A program made the translations under genes and the position numbers. A stretch of DNA of 44,626 nt, the filler included, from Sphacelaria rigidula (taxonomy: Eukaryota): NCBI GenBank assembly GCA_964200075.2. It is 2 parts of 2 records of this genome, joined end to end, with 100 filler letters (N's around TTAATTAATTAA, not from the genome) between each part and the next. Parts side by side here need not be neighbours in the genome. Positions count along the whole stretch, not along the records: positions 1 to 22,278 come from CAXNAA020000343.1; 1 more part is not named here. The stretch is one strand, 5' to 3'. This document shows, piece after piece, positions 1 to 11,200 of this stretch. The notes under the pieces were generated by a model. The model made no database searches. It had not been told where the DNA came from and saw only the letters and a list, made by a program, of their open reading frames with translations. Numbering within the stretch: the stretch's first letter is position 1; every line of letters begins with the position of its first letter.

Positions 1-274
1 TCTTCTGGGAAGGGGGTGGTTCCGATATTTTAATTCTCTGTAGTATTACATAGAATGTTGAGCCCCCCCCCCCCCCCCTCTCCACCAGATTGCTGCATGT
101 GTTATACCACCCCACTGTGTACCTCTACCAACCAAGACTGGGTCACCCGACCTGATCAAATTGTTGAACATCCGAAAACGCGCCCCGCCTATTCTACTCG
201 TCGAGGGTTCGACCTGCTACTCCCGTCCACCCTTTGGTGCTACTCCGTTGCCATCCGATATCGAAGTTCCCTCG

Positions 275-454
275 TCATTGATTGATTGATCGATTGGTTA
301 CGTCACATTAGCTGATTGCAATAATCCAGCCCGTGGTCAGGAGTAGCAAAAAATAACATGATAAGAAAAAGAAAAGAAGGAAGGGAAAGGAAAAAGACAG
401 AAGCAACAGCCACAGAAAGGAAAGAAGAAAGGACGCAACGTCAACAACAAAAAC

Positions 455-486
<32 letters not shown>

Positions 487-1030
487 CAACAAACAACAGA
501 CAACAGACAACAGCAGCAGTAGCAGCAGCAGCAGCGGCAGCAGCAGTAAGAGCAATAACAACAACAAACAAACACATACACAAACACAAACACAAACAAC
601 ATAACAAGATGATTATCTCGCATCACGTAGCTGGTTGCAACACTCCAGTTCGTGATCGGAAAAAAAGGAGAAACATGAAAGAAAGAAGAAGAAGAATCAA
701 ACGTAGAGAACGGAACGCAAGCCATTATAATTGTCTTGAACCGGCTTTCGCAGCACGCACGCTCCCACACTCGCGTTCTCGCGAAGGTGTACGCGCCCAA
801 AGGTAGCACAAGGTAGTCATGAGTGTGACTAGTGCGCGCCGACGCATTGCGGCTAATCGGTCCCAGGCATCTCCCGTGATAGTCCTCTACAGCACCCAAT
901 TCTTATCGGGCAACTCGTCTAGCTCTGCTGGTTTTGTTCCCTGTAGGTGAAGCCCATCCAAAATTTACAGGTGTGGTAGGTTCCCGTCAGGTGCTAGGGT
1001 GTAGTCATTGAGCAAGGTCAGTGGGTCTCG
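275..1030 (-). mobile_element. 3' end of a non-LTR retroposon (LINE/SINE) with (CAAT)n tail, copy A
   Basis: The minus strand ends ...TGACCACGGGCTGGATTATTGCAATCAGCTAATGTGACGTAACCAATCGATCAATCAATCAAT. The same TGACCACGGCTGGA..stem-loop..(CAAT)n terminus occurs at 17593-17660 (+) and 18065-18142 (-). The inner boundary (~1030) is approximate. Confidence 0.6.
440..606. repeat. compound microsatellite (CAA/CAC/CAG)n
   Basis: Runs of caa, cac, cag and caaaca are directly visible. They explain the poly-L/V/A/C ORFs at 308-899. Confidence 0.9.
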
Positions 1031-1289
1031 ATTACTGTGGTCTTTTTTACCTGGCGATTTACACGAAATCACAAGAGGGAACGTAAGAACTTGGATGGGA
1101 GCACTGGCGACGCAGTGTACCAGTCATGAATTGCGCAAGAGATGCATCTGAGATCGGTGCGGTAAAGACCTGCTTGAGCCTGCAGACGATTCCGCTACGT
1201 CTCACATGGTTCAATGAACATTGAAGCATACGGTATCATAAGGCGTAAACGGTTAGTTGGTGCTGTATTGTGCTGGCATAGCATGTGCA

Positions 1290-1870
1290 CTTTCATGGTA
1301 TGTTGAGCTCACCATCACTGCCTTCGTCGCTCGAACCACTGCCCGTCTCCTCATGCCTTTCTAGATGTCCCGTGTCGGACATGTCCTCGTCATTGCCGGT
1401 TCATCCATCCACGAAGTTACACCTTCCCGAAGGACCTCCAGAGTTATGCGCTTGCCGTTGGATCCGTCTGTCGTCAATTTAAGCCCACCCTCTCGAACGG
1501 CCGGCAGCGGCAGTTGGAGAGAGCGCCAGTGCATGTGACCGCTGCTGCTACTTATGCCGTGACGAAACATGCCGATCAGACACGGTCAAGTTGTTTGCAT
1601 TTTCACTTCTCCGGGTTATCCCCTTGCTCCAACAGTATGTCTAGCTCCACGTCGAGATCCACCTTGGTCAAGCATTCACAACCTGCATCCACGGGATGAA
1701 ATTCTTCCATGCAACCTGCGGGAAGGAGACACACTATTGTGTTGTAGTCCTTGTGTGAAAATTTCTTGAACGCAGGCGTCTATTCATGCCCGCTACCCAT
1801 GAGCCAGCTGATGATGATGATGTGGAGCTGATCTGGATACGCGACATCGAGCTCGTATAACCACCTGGTC
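1290..1870 (-). pseudogene. degenerate pogo/Tigger-like (Tc1/mariner superfamily, DDE_1-type) transposase fragment
   Basis: Minus-strand translation across stops and frameshifts gives GHE*TPAFKKFSHKDYNTIVCLLPAGCMEEFHPVDAG (LLPAG...PVDAG at 1728-1681), then DVELDILLEQGDNPEK*, NLTVSDRHV/FVTA*VAAAV and RPFERVGL/TTDGSNGKRITLE. This follows the motif order of the C-terminal half of pogo-family DDE domains (H-x-T...LP-x-x-x-T-x-x-x-QP-x-D-x-G ... F-x-K-x-G ... DGS). Confidence 0.7.
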
Positions 1871-2130
1871 GAATGGCCCTTTCAAAGAACTTTCTCGGAA
1901 ACTTCTGACCGTGAAGGAGCGCCAACCCTAATAACCCCAACCCGAGGCATACCGAAAGCCCTTGGGCAAGGGAGGTGCAGAGGGTGCCCCAGGCAAAGTG
2001 TGCAAAGGGTCAGGCGAATAAAATCGCGATTCGTCGCATCTTCAAACATTTGTATGGATCAATCAATCATACGATCCGTACACACGTTGTGATCCGTGCA
2101 TATCTTGAGCTCGTGATTCGTGCGACATTA

Positions 2131-2890
2131 GAGTAGTTTTCAGCTGAAAGAGGGATTTTTCGTCATTTTTTCGTAGTCGGCGATCTTCAATAGCTTTTTC
2201 GCGTGCCACCGCTCATCCCAGAGAACGCTTGCTCCCAGAGTTTGGAGGTCGGAAGATACTAGGCATCCGCTCCACATTCAGAGACAAAATTCATGTCTGC
2301 GCTCAATATTGAACGACTTACGGGCTGAATTGACAGGGGGTGTTGTTGGCCGTTTTTGGTTCAAAACACATTTATTTTCGGCTCTAGCGCAATAAACAGG
2401 TGAAAAAAAATTCAAGGGTCTGTGAAATTATTGACGACAGCGATCACGATGTTTTACCCCCCCCCTCCGTGCTATCCAGAGCTCGGTTGGGCAATTTTCG
2501 TTTTTGCGTATTTTTCTGAATTTTCCCAATAGTCCAAAAACAAAGTTTTCCGGGTCTTGCGCAATGAATAGGTAGAAATTAAAAACATTCCTCTTCACTT
2601 GTTCGCTGAAACGATCAGGATTGCTATCATCGAGCAAAAGTACTCAGGGGTCAGAATCTGCGGTTGGGTAGTCGCAGGACCTCCGAAAACCGGTCAGCCC
2701 GTGAGTCGTTCAATACTGAGTACAGAGAGGATTTTATTTCGGAAAGTGGAGCGGATGTCTGGTGTCTCTCGGTGCCCAAATTTTGGTATCAAACGTTTAC
2801 TGGGATGAGCGGTGGCACGCGAAAACACTTTTGAAAATCGCCAACTCCGAATGATTTACCAAAATCCCCTAATTCAGCTGAAAACTGCTG
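2131..2890. mobile_element. 760-bp non-autonomous DNA transposon (MITE) with ~200-bp TIRs and TA target-site duplication, Tc1/mariner/pogo type
   Basis: 2131-2328 aligns to the reverse complement of 2694-2890 (e.g. TTTTCGCGTGCCACCGCTCATCCCAG at left, CTGGGATGAGCGGTGGCACGCGAAAA at right). Termini are TA|GAGTAGTTTTCAGCTGAA and TTCAGCTGAAAACTGCTG|TA. Confidence 0.85.
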
Positions 2891-2941
2891 TACATGAAAT
2901 GTATGTTCCCGCGCGGTAATTCATGAGATAAACCGTACAAG

Positions 2942-3360
2942 GTATATGTTTCCTACCTTCCATTCATGTAGCATAAATCTTACGTACAGGCTCTTCACCT
3001 TCCATTCATGCAGCATGAATCATCCGTATACGTTTCCCACCTTCCATTCATACGAGGTGAATCGAGGGTACATGTTTCCCACTTTCTTTTCGTGCAGCAT
3101 GAATCATCCGTACAGATTCCCCGCCTTCCATCCATGCGAGGTGCAGCTAGTGCACATGTTTCCCACTTTCCATTCATGCAGCGTGAATCATGGGTACATG
3201 TTCCCCACCTGCCATTCATACGAGGCAAAGCAAGCGTACATGTTCCCCACTTTCCACCCATGCAGCATTAATCATGGGTACATGCTCCCACTTCCCATCC
3301 GTGCGGCATGAATCATAAGTACATGTTCCCCACTTTCCATTCATATGGCATGAACAATGA
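2942..3360. repeat. 42-bp minisatellite array, block 1 (about 10 units)
   Basis: Unit is approximately GTACATGTTTCCCACCTTCCATTCATGCAGCATGAATCATGG. It appears as the 14-aa periodicity MFPTFHSCSMNHxY in ORF 2946..3311. Confidence 0.9.
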
Positions 3361-3536
3361 GAACGTGAATCCCGTTCGTCATTTCATGGGGCGCGACTCT
3401 TCGATGGCGGTGCCTATTTGCAGGTGGTGTATGCATATAAATTAGAGCATGCAGGTCGCGGACGCCTCCAGCCAAATCCACAAGGAAGCCAAATTCACTT
3501 AGTATACTCACAAGTAACGTAACATGAAACAGAAAT

Positions 3537-4050
3537 GGTACAGCCTAGTAGAGCACGCGTGTCTGCGTGCCCACAGCGATTCTTCTAGCGTTTCATGTTC
3601 CCGAGCTATGCTACTGACAGCCGTTGCGAGTTCATGTTGTGTTGTGTAGTTCGCCTGAATATAGTATATTTGCACCACGAAGACCTGTGAAAAACAGCAA
3701 CAGCACGAGTCGTCCCCGCATGTTCGAGTGAGGTTTCGGCGAAACTCCTCCAGCGTACTCTGCAGTCCGCAGACAGTACGGTACAGCGTAGCATAGCATA
3801 GCACAGCACGCATCTGCGTGCCCAGAGCAATTCTCCTCTTTGTTTTCACGAGTTGAGCAAGTGATGGCCTGTTTACGTTTGGATGTTCTGTGGTACAGTT
3901 GGCCTGAACATATAAAGCGGTACGAAGATAATTTTGAACAGCACCAGTACTGCAAGAGTCGTCCCCGCATGTTCGCATGAGGTTTTGGAAACACTCCGGC
4001 AGCGCACACTGCAGTTGCAGACCGTACGGTACAGCACAGCACAGTACAGC
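3537..4050. repeat. diverged ~249-bp tandem duplication inside an insertion that splits the 42-bp array
   Basis: GAGTCGTCCCCGCATGTTCG occurs at ~3707 and ~3956, TCTGCGTGCCCA at ~3562 and ~3813, and GTACGGTACAGC at ~3776 and ~4024. Confidence 0.75.
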
Positions 4051-4127
4051 ATGGCCCAGCCGGGTACACGGTACTGCACTATCTGTACAGCGGATAATCA
4101 GAAAACAGTAGTACTAGTTCTATTATT

Positions 4128-4470
4128 TTTTCCATTCATAAGGCATGGATGATATACATACATATTAATCCCCTTTTATTCATGCAGTACGAGTCTCATG
4201 TACATGTCTTCCACCTGTGATCCATGCGAGATTAATCAAGTGAACATGTTTCTCACCTTCCATTCATACGGTATGAATCACATGTACATGTTTCTCCCCT
4301 CCCATCCATGCAGCATGAACCGCATGTACATGTTTCCCACCAGTGCTTCGTCCGAGATCAATCAAGTTTCCCACTTCCCGTTCATACGACATGAATCAGG
4401 TGTACATATTTTCCATCCACGATTCGTGCGGGAGGAATCAATGTGACATTTTCTCCACCAGTGTCTCGTA
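4128..4470. repeat. 42-bp minisatellite array, block 2 (more degenerate)
   Basis: Same ACATGTTTCxCACCTTCCATTCATxCxGxATGAATCA units as block 1. ORF 4198..4446 shows the same 14-aa period. Confidence 0.8.
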
Positions 4471-7146
4471 AAATAACTGTAATTCGTGCATATTTTGCAC
4501 TCTCCATACGTGTGACACTACTTGGAGCGCACGCATTCCCAGCTCGTTTTTTGTGCGGTACGACCCTGAACGTACAACTTTATCGCCCGTGATTCATACC
4601 GGATTGCCTTTTGGCACATAATTCACACTCAACACTCACTGGCAGTCAACCCGCATGAAGTTTGATTCGTCCCACCCGTGGAAGTGTGCGTTGGCAGACC
4701 TCGGATTTGTGCCGATTTGTTCAAAAAAGTGCTTCTACGCACTCTAGGATAATTCGGGATTGTTAGCCGCACTAAATGGCCGGATGCGGTGTGTACACCA
4801 AAATAAAATTACGATATTTCGCGAAATTTCGTGTCCACCAAGTGGTGATATTTACGGATGACGGCTCGTTCGCTCCCCCAGCCCCGTGCAGTATACGGCC
4901 TGCCCTGAATGTCTTCCCACTACTATAGGACCGCCTGTCCCTTCCTCCAATTCGCGTGCTGTGTTCATCCATTATTCTCGCCGACCGGCGTTTAGGCTGC
5001 AGCGACCGTGTGCGGGGGTGCGGGCAGACCCAAAAAGCGGCGGCCGTTACAGCTGAGCTTATAGTGCAGTCGAAACACTTTCACGATCGGCACGTTTGAC
5101 CTATGGCTGTTGCGTTCCCCAGCTTGCACATACCCTCCAAGGTTTTGGCGATTCCCTGACCTGTATATATGAGCATGTATGGCTGGTCAAATTGACCACG
5201 ACGTCACGGGTCGGCCCAACCGCACTCCTGCTCGGGTGAATTTTCTGCCCCCGTTGCGATGGATCTTTTCGGATGTTGGTGCTCCAATCGCGACCATTGA
5301 AGCCGGCTCTGCCATCAAGGCTCCATCCCCCAGCGCCCCAACGCACCACCGACTCACATGTTTGGTGAGAGTGGATAGGTCAGGACACCGTCGAGATGGC
5401 ATGTGTGGATTGAAATGAGATCACGGGTTCAGCAGCGCCTGGCCCAGGTGCGCATTGAATATTGTGCTTGGACCCGCCGCGGTGGTACCACCAAAAATGA
5501 TTGCTGTCCTTTCAACGAGGCAGGCGCCTCGCGAGACATGCGTGCCACCGCTTCTGCCCCCCCTCTGCCGGTGTTCCATCATCATCGGGTGCAACTTCAC
5601 GACCCCCTGACCGTGCGCGACGGCCAGATACGTGAGCCGTTGGCGCGGTATGGGTGATGTGTGCGTTTGACAGCAACTAGATATACCATGTTTGCCTGTA
5701 CAAATGCTTATAAATCCATTTTTCATGCAACGTTGACTCTCTGCGCGATAGTTTCCACGATTTTGAGTACAGGCATGAATAATCAATATTTGGAACCAAG
5801 AGCAGTCCTTCACCTCGAACTGACTACGGGTGCGGACTATTGCGGTTGAGGAGGTATACCATCTCGAAAATAGTCACCATCCTATTATCGGTCACCTACT
5901 ACGCGCACACGGCGACGTAGGCGGCGTCTTGAACCGGTGTGCCTTGTGCGAATTGCGTGAGCCCCGAAACGGGAGCATATTGCGTTCCACACCGATGATC
6001 AAGCTTTCATGTAACCCAAGGAAATGATTCACCCAAACTACATGAATGACTACGCGGTGCTTGGCGTTGAACTGCTGGTAGTCAAGTGCTCGGTTATAGT
6101 TCACCCCACCGTGAACTACGGAGTTTCTGCGATGTGTGTCGGTCAGTCAACTACTACGATATAGTGTTGAAATATTTCAGTATTGAATCGGTGCGGATCT
6201 GTGGGAGCAGTCTCGATCCTATTCACAGCGTAGGTATGTATACATTGATGTAACTGTTGCAACATACCTGTGGTGAGCGTTTGTGTGCCTTTCCCATGTT
6301 TGTGTGTGTGGGGGGCTTATGGGTTTTGGTAGCGTCTCGTGCAAGGCGGGAATATCTCCGATATCAACGGGTGGGTCATGAAGTTTTTCTGTGCTCGGTA
6401 GTCCACTTGAGTTGAGATTGATGTTGAAGTTTACTTGATTCCAGTGTTGTGGATAACTGCTTCCTTATATTTGATGAATGTATACGTAGTTCTAGCGTAG
6501 TCACTGTGCACATATGTGTGGTGTTTCAAATAATCAGGCCCAGTGTTGGTGAAGAAATGCGTGCTTTAACTCCTTGACCGCCCGGACGTTCAGTTGAATA
6601 CCAGTCGGACGGGTCTTTTTTCAGCGTCGAAATAGTTTTTGGTGAAGAGATAGCAGTCACATAAGAGAGACCGTTGCCACGCATATTCCGCGGGTCATCA
6701 TTCTTTGCCAATAGGCACGATCAGTCCCACACGGGCGGTCACAGCACATCAACTCAAATCCCTACGAATATTTCAGGATAACCTGTGGAAATATGCATGA
6801 ATGGGGAATGTCAGATATCCGCCCCCCTCAACCGTGGCAAAAGGCTACAGCATGTTTATTTGCTCAAAACTTCGATTTTGCGCACCTCATGTTGCTTGCC
6901 CATGTCCATCTGGCCGTCATTTACCCTTACCAAAATCTCACGGAGGTGTCAGCAGAGGAACACCCTGAACAAGCAACGCAGCATGGGGGGTCGGCGGGTT
7001 GACTATCTTGGCTTTTGAAATAAAAGCAGGTGCTCTGATGATTTCATGCCGAAGATCGAAACATGGACATTATTGCGCACATTCCGTCATCCCCACAATT
7101 GTTGGCGAGCTTCTGTGAACTCCATGGTTGAGTGCGTTTCGGAAAG

Positions 7147-7432
7147 TGACACATGTCCGGTGACGGAGTTGATGGGATGGCCCAAAAGCTGGAAACGACG
7201 AAAAGTTGAGCCCGTTAGTATTTCTGTTTTTGCCGGATTTTTGAAAGATTCCATGATTCCACCACCGGAAACGCGTTGGCGTTCTTGAAATCTGACATAT
7301 GTCCGGTGACAGTTGATGGAATGGCCCAAAAGCTGGAAACGACGAAAAGTTGAGCCCGTTCGTATTTCTGTTATTGCCGGATTTTTGAAAGATTCCATGA
7401 TTCTACCAGCGGGTACGCGTTGGCGTTCTTGG
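7147..7432. repeat. 146-bp tandem duplication (2 copies)
   Basis: ATGTCCGGTGAC...GGCCCAAAAGCTGGAAACGACGAAAAGTTGAGCCCGTT...CGCGTTGGCGTTCTTG starts at 7153 and again at 7299; the copies are nearly identical. Confidence 0.9.
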
Positions 7433-8246
7433 AGACTTTTCACAGCATTCGAACGAGCCCAAGAATCTAGAACACTTCCGAGACATTTTCCACTTGGCAT
7501 CCTTGTTGCGATCAAACCCCTGGAGCGGAAGCTGTATGGAGCGGAAGCTCAACTATTCCCCAAAGCAGTCCTCTTCGTCTACTGCTCTTGGCTCTTGGGT
7601 TTTTTCCCCCTGTGACATTAGATGACATGTCCCGGGGCACAATGGGAGGTTTGTGTGCTTTTCTATACCTTCGACAACAGAGTAGCAGGTGATAAAACCC
7701 TGGAAGTATAGCTGTCGATCAATACTAGACTCGCGCTGTGAATGGTGTTCCTGTACAGTTTACAAAACCAAGAATGATCTGTGACGGCTCTGCTTGATCA
7801 CTGTCCACCCAATTTCCTCCTACCTGCTATACGCTCACGCGTGCTTCCTGTTGTAGAGCTAGCACAACCCACAGCCATGACCTCTCGATGGAACTCAGAC
7901 AAGTACAGCGCAGAGATGCGCTGCCACTGCTAACGTAGCGCGTTTGAATATAGCTCAAGGACCGTTCTCTCTGCCAGCTTTTCACAGAAGGTCTGCGAGG
8001 ATGGCCCAACGCAGACTTTCGCACAGCTGGGGACCGCTGATGGTGGTGTGTGTTCCTACCTCTTTTGCGCGAGCGTGAGAAAATGCAGAAAAACATCGGC
8101 ACTATCACCCTTCGTCGTTAGGCGATCCGTCGCCCAATCAATTATTCCCCAGAGGTCGAAGAACGGTGGAACCATGCGATCTATTTATACACGACTGTCG
8201 TCTTTCCTTATTTGTGGTTTGCATGCTCCTGTCTCTTCTACTTCAG

Positions 8247-11200
8247 GCCCAGCGCCAGGAACGAGCTCGCGAGCGACTACACGCCTCATGCGCAACAACG
8301 ATCCAAAAGTTCTGGAGGGGAAGGTGCGTTGGTGAAGCAGCGAACAAAGTTGTCGGGGTCGCAATTTGCGTCCTTGAATTCGGTAAAAGTGCCTGGTAAT
8401 ATGCGGCAGTCTTGCGAAGTTTTGATGAAGATGCCAAAAATATCCGCGACTCTTGCATCCATACCTCACCCATGTCGCGAAAAAAAGCTGCTGCTCAGCT
8501 CTAAATGCGGCAAAAAGGAAAATGATCTGGAGCAGGCCTGTACATATTAAGGAGGAGCAAACCCTGCCGCGAATGCTGTGAGAAGAGGCTCCTTCCTCCC
8601 TTTATTGATACTACTGGAGGGGGTAGAAAATGGAGTGTTTGATGAAAGCAGAAATCTGCGAGACGGTCAGCTCGCCCTAGAGACACGTTATAGGGTTGAC
8701 GTATCCCATGCATTAACGTTCGCTCGGCCCTTCGCAGAGCTGCTGAATCGATTGTGAAGCGTTTGGCAGTAATCTTGACTGCACGGGCATTCGCACTTAG
8801 TAAAGTTTGTGGCACAAGTCCACGTTTTTGCACAGATGGACGCAAAAGGAACTCTCTTCGCGGTCAAAGCGCAAATCCATGTTGTCATTGAGGTTCACAT
8901 TTGAGCTTCCGCCAGGGCTCGTTTTTGTCCACAACTTGAACCTCAAACAAATGGCTGTGTTTTGTGCTGCATGAAGGTCATGTGTGGCGAAATGGAGAGA
9001 ACAGGAGAGGGGCGCTTGGGACAAGAAGATGCACGACGTCGGCCGTGTAAAGACGATGCTCGCGGCCGCAGGGAAGGTTTTTCAGGTACAACCACGGACC
9101 TCTTCTTCTAGACGACGTGTTCCGTTGGCACGAAACGCCATCCCAAGAATCGACAGTTCTGAAGCCATTTGAACAGTGTGCATACCTCTTCTGGCAGTTA
9201 CGTGTGCCTTGTGACATTCAATAACGTAGTAGCGAGGGTGTCGCAACTGCTGCTGGCCGCCCTATACTACCCGCTGACACCCAGCGTGCATCGCGCGGAA
9301 CATCGATCAGTAGTATTGAGTAACTGACGATCAAGATGCAGACACCGTCAAAGTATTTACTTTTCACAACTCCGACCAACACAGCCGTGCCTCTCACTGA
9401 GAAGGGGCTCTTCGCTTCCCACTCGTCCCCATCGCACGGCTCACGAGCTCGGTCCCACCCCCGCTTTCGCCGAATGGATCCCCGTCACAGATACCTTCGG
9501 CAGTCCTCGGGACTCTTCTGTCACAGTTGGTTAGCTTTCACGTTTACCCCCAAGACGCGGGGCGATTTCGTGATGCCTTAGCACTGGTAAATACGGCGCC
9601 GCCAGTGGATGGACAGCAGCACACAAGCAGTTTTTTTGCGCCACTCGCCGAGGCTCGCTCGCGACGAGACCGGACCTCGGAACACAGGTGGACGTTGCTG
9701 ATATCCCGGCTCGGGGCTTTGTGTCTGCAGTATGTCAGCGACGGGGCTACGACTGCTGTCGCGGGGGCGGTTCCTTCGTTGCGATCGTCGAGAGACGGTA
9801 GTAAAAGCATTGGTGCTGAGGATGCGAGCGCTATGGACGTCGTTGATACTGATGGTAATGAGGGAGAGAACACGGTACAAACGACCGTGGGATATACTGA
9901 GGCTGTGCGGGTATTGTCAATAATTACATCTTTTGAACAGTGGGGGAAGCAAGGCGGCAGCGGTGGCGAGGCGACTGTTCTTTGCCGGCGACTTTTGGTC
10001 TCCCTCGCACTCGGAAAGCTCGTGTTGCAGGCTGACGAATCTCCAGGAGCGACCACGAGTGGGACAAAGGTTGCAGTCGGATCGGGGCCTGACAGGGATA
10101 GTCAGCCGACGAAAGGTCCAGTGCCGTCGGCGTTCGGAAATTCTCCAAGCGCCTCAGGGGTGCCCTCAGGACGTACTCGTGGAAGTGTACGCTTGCTAGT
10201 GCGGGCTTCAAGTGCCGACGTGTCGAGTGGCAGGTGGATGCGCACGCCTCTGTTGTTTAGAGTGTTGCGTGTGCATTGGGACGCTGCTGCGATGGAAACC
10301 GCGGCTGCGGCGGGGGAGAGTGGAGAGAGCGTAAAAGCGGTGGTTCGTTTGCTTTGCGATGCCTCTTTGAAGGCTCTTGGTATATGCACGGCGGATGCGG
10401 TGTCGTCGCCGGCGGCAGGGGCTCGGGAGAAGGGGGAGGGCGAGCTCCCCGCAACTTTATGCGCGTCTGAGCAGACAAGTCGGCAGAGTGTCGCAGATAT
10501 CGAGGGGGTTGGCATGGCCGTCGCGGCGGAATCGGCGCTGGCTAGGATACCATATGGCGATCAAACAGCGGTGTTCCTCAGGCGCGAAACGCTTCAGGCG
10601 TTCGCTTGCACCGTCCTGCCGTCTCCTAAATTGCTGGAACACCCCTTCCGTGCATTGCTGGTTGATCCCATGTTGGCGGGCGACGCTCAAGCGTGGTGGG
10701 AGCTTGTGGCCGTATCGGGAGAAGTTGTGGGGGCAACGGACGTCGAAATGGGGCCGTGTGGAAGCGGAGCAGCAGGGGGGCGAGGGGACGTGGCGTGGAC
10801 TGTTGCTAATCTATTGAGGGTGAGTAATAAACGTGTGAGGGGTGAGATGTGGGCGGCAACCAAGGTTTGCTGTGCAAGTCGGTTGGTCACCCGGCGCTGC
10901 ATTATGCTCAGTAGGTCATTTGGTGGCGGTAACACTGGGTATTTTGCAAGTTCTGTGTTTAGGGCCGGGAGGCGGGTGCCTTGCAAGAGGCAAACGTCAT
11001 GCAAGGCAGATTCATGTAGCCACCCAAGCGTTGGTTGTGTTTTGCCCTGGGACCTTCATGGGGGAGCTGTTGTTACAATATGTTGGGGACGTGTCCGTCT
11101 CCGTGTTTGTGGCTGGGTATATTGTGCAGGTGTGTGTTTATCGTTGCCGACTGTTCCGGTTACCCTTTTGATGGAGTGAGTAGGCACCATACAAGTACTG

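Noticed and set aside
308..899. Hydrophobic and poly-Cys ORFs
   Set aside because: They are translations of (TTG/CTG)n microsatellites inside a retroposon tail.
2942..4470. 42-bp repeats as a CRISPR array
   Set aside because: Units are contiguous and degenerate with no unique spacers, there are no cas genes, and the context is eukaryotic.
5415..5447. MRSRVQQRLAQ|GT as first exon of the UBE3B-like gene
   Set aside because: It is phase-compatible but lies in repeat-derived sequence 2.8 kb upstream and lacks the usual N-terminal SLxG motif.
10820..11179. C-terminal 120 aa of ORF 9527..11179
   Set aside because: It follows a consensus donor (AGG|GTGAGT), and the gene continues in frame at 11529, so this is intron read-through.
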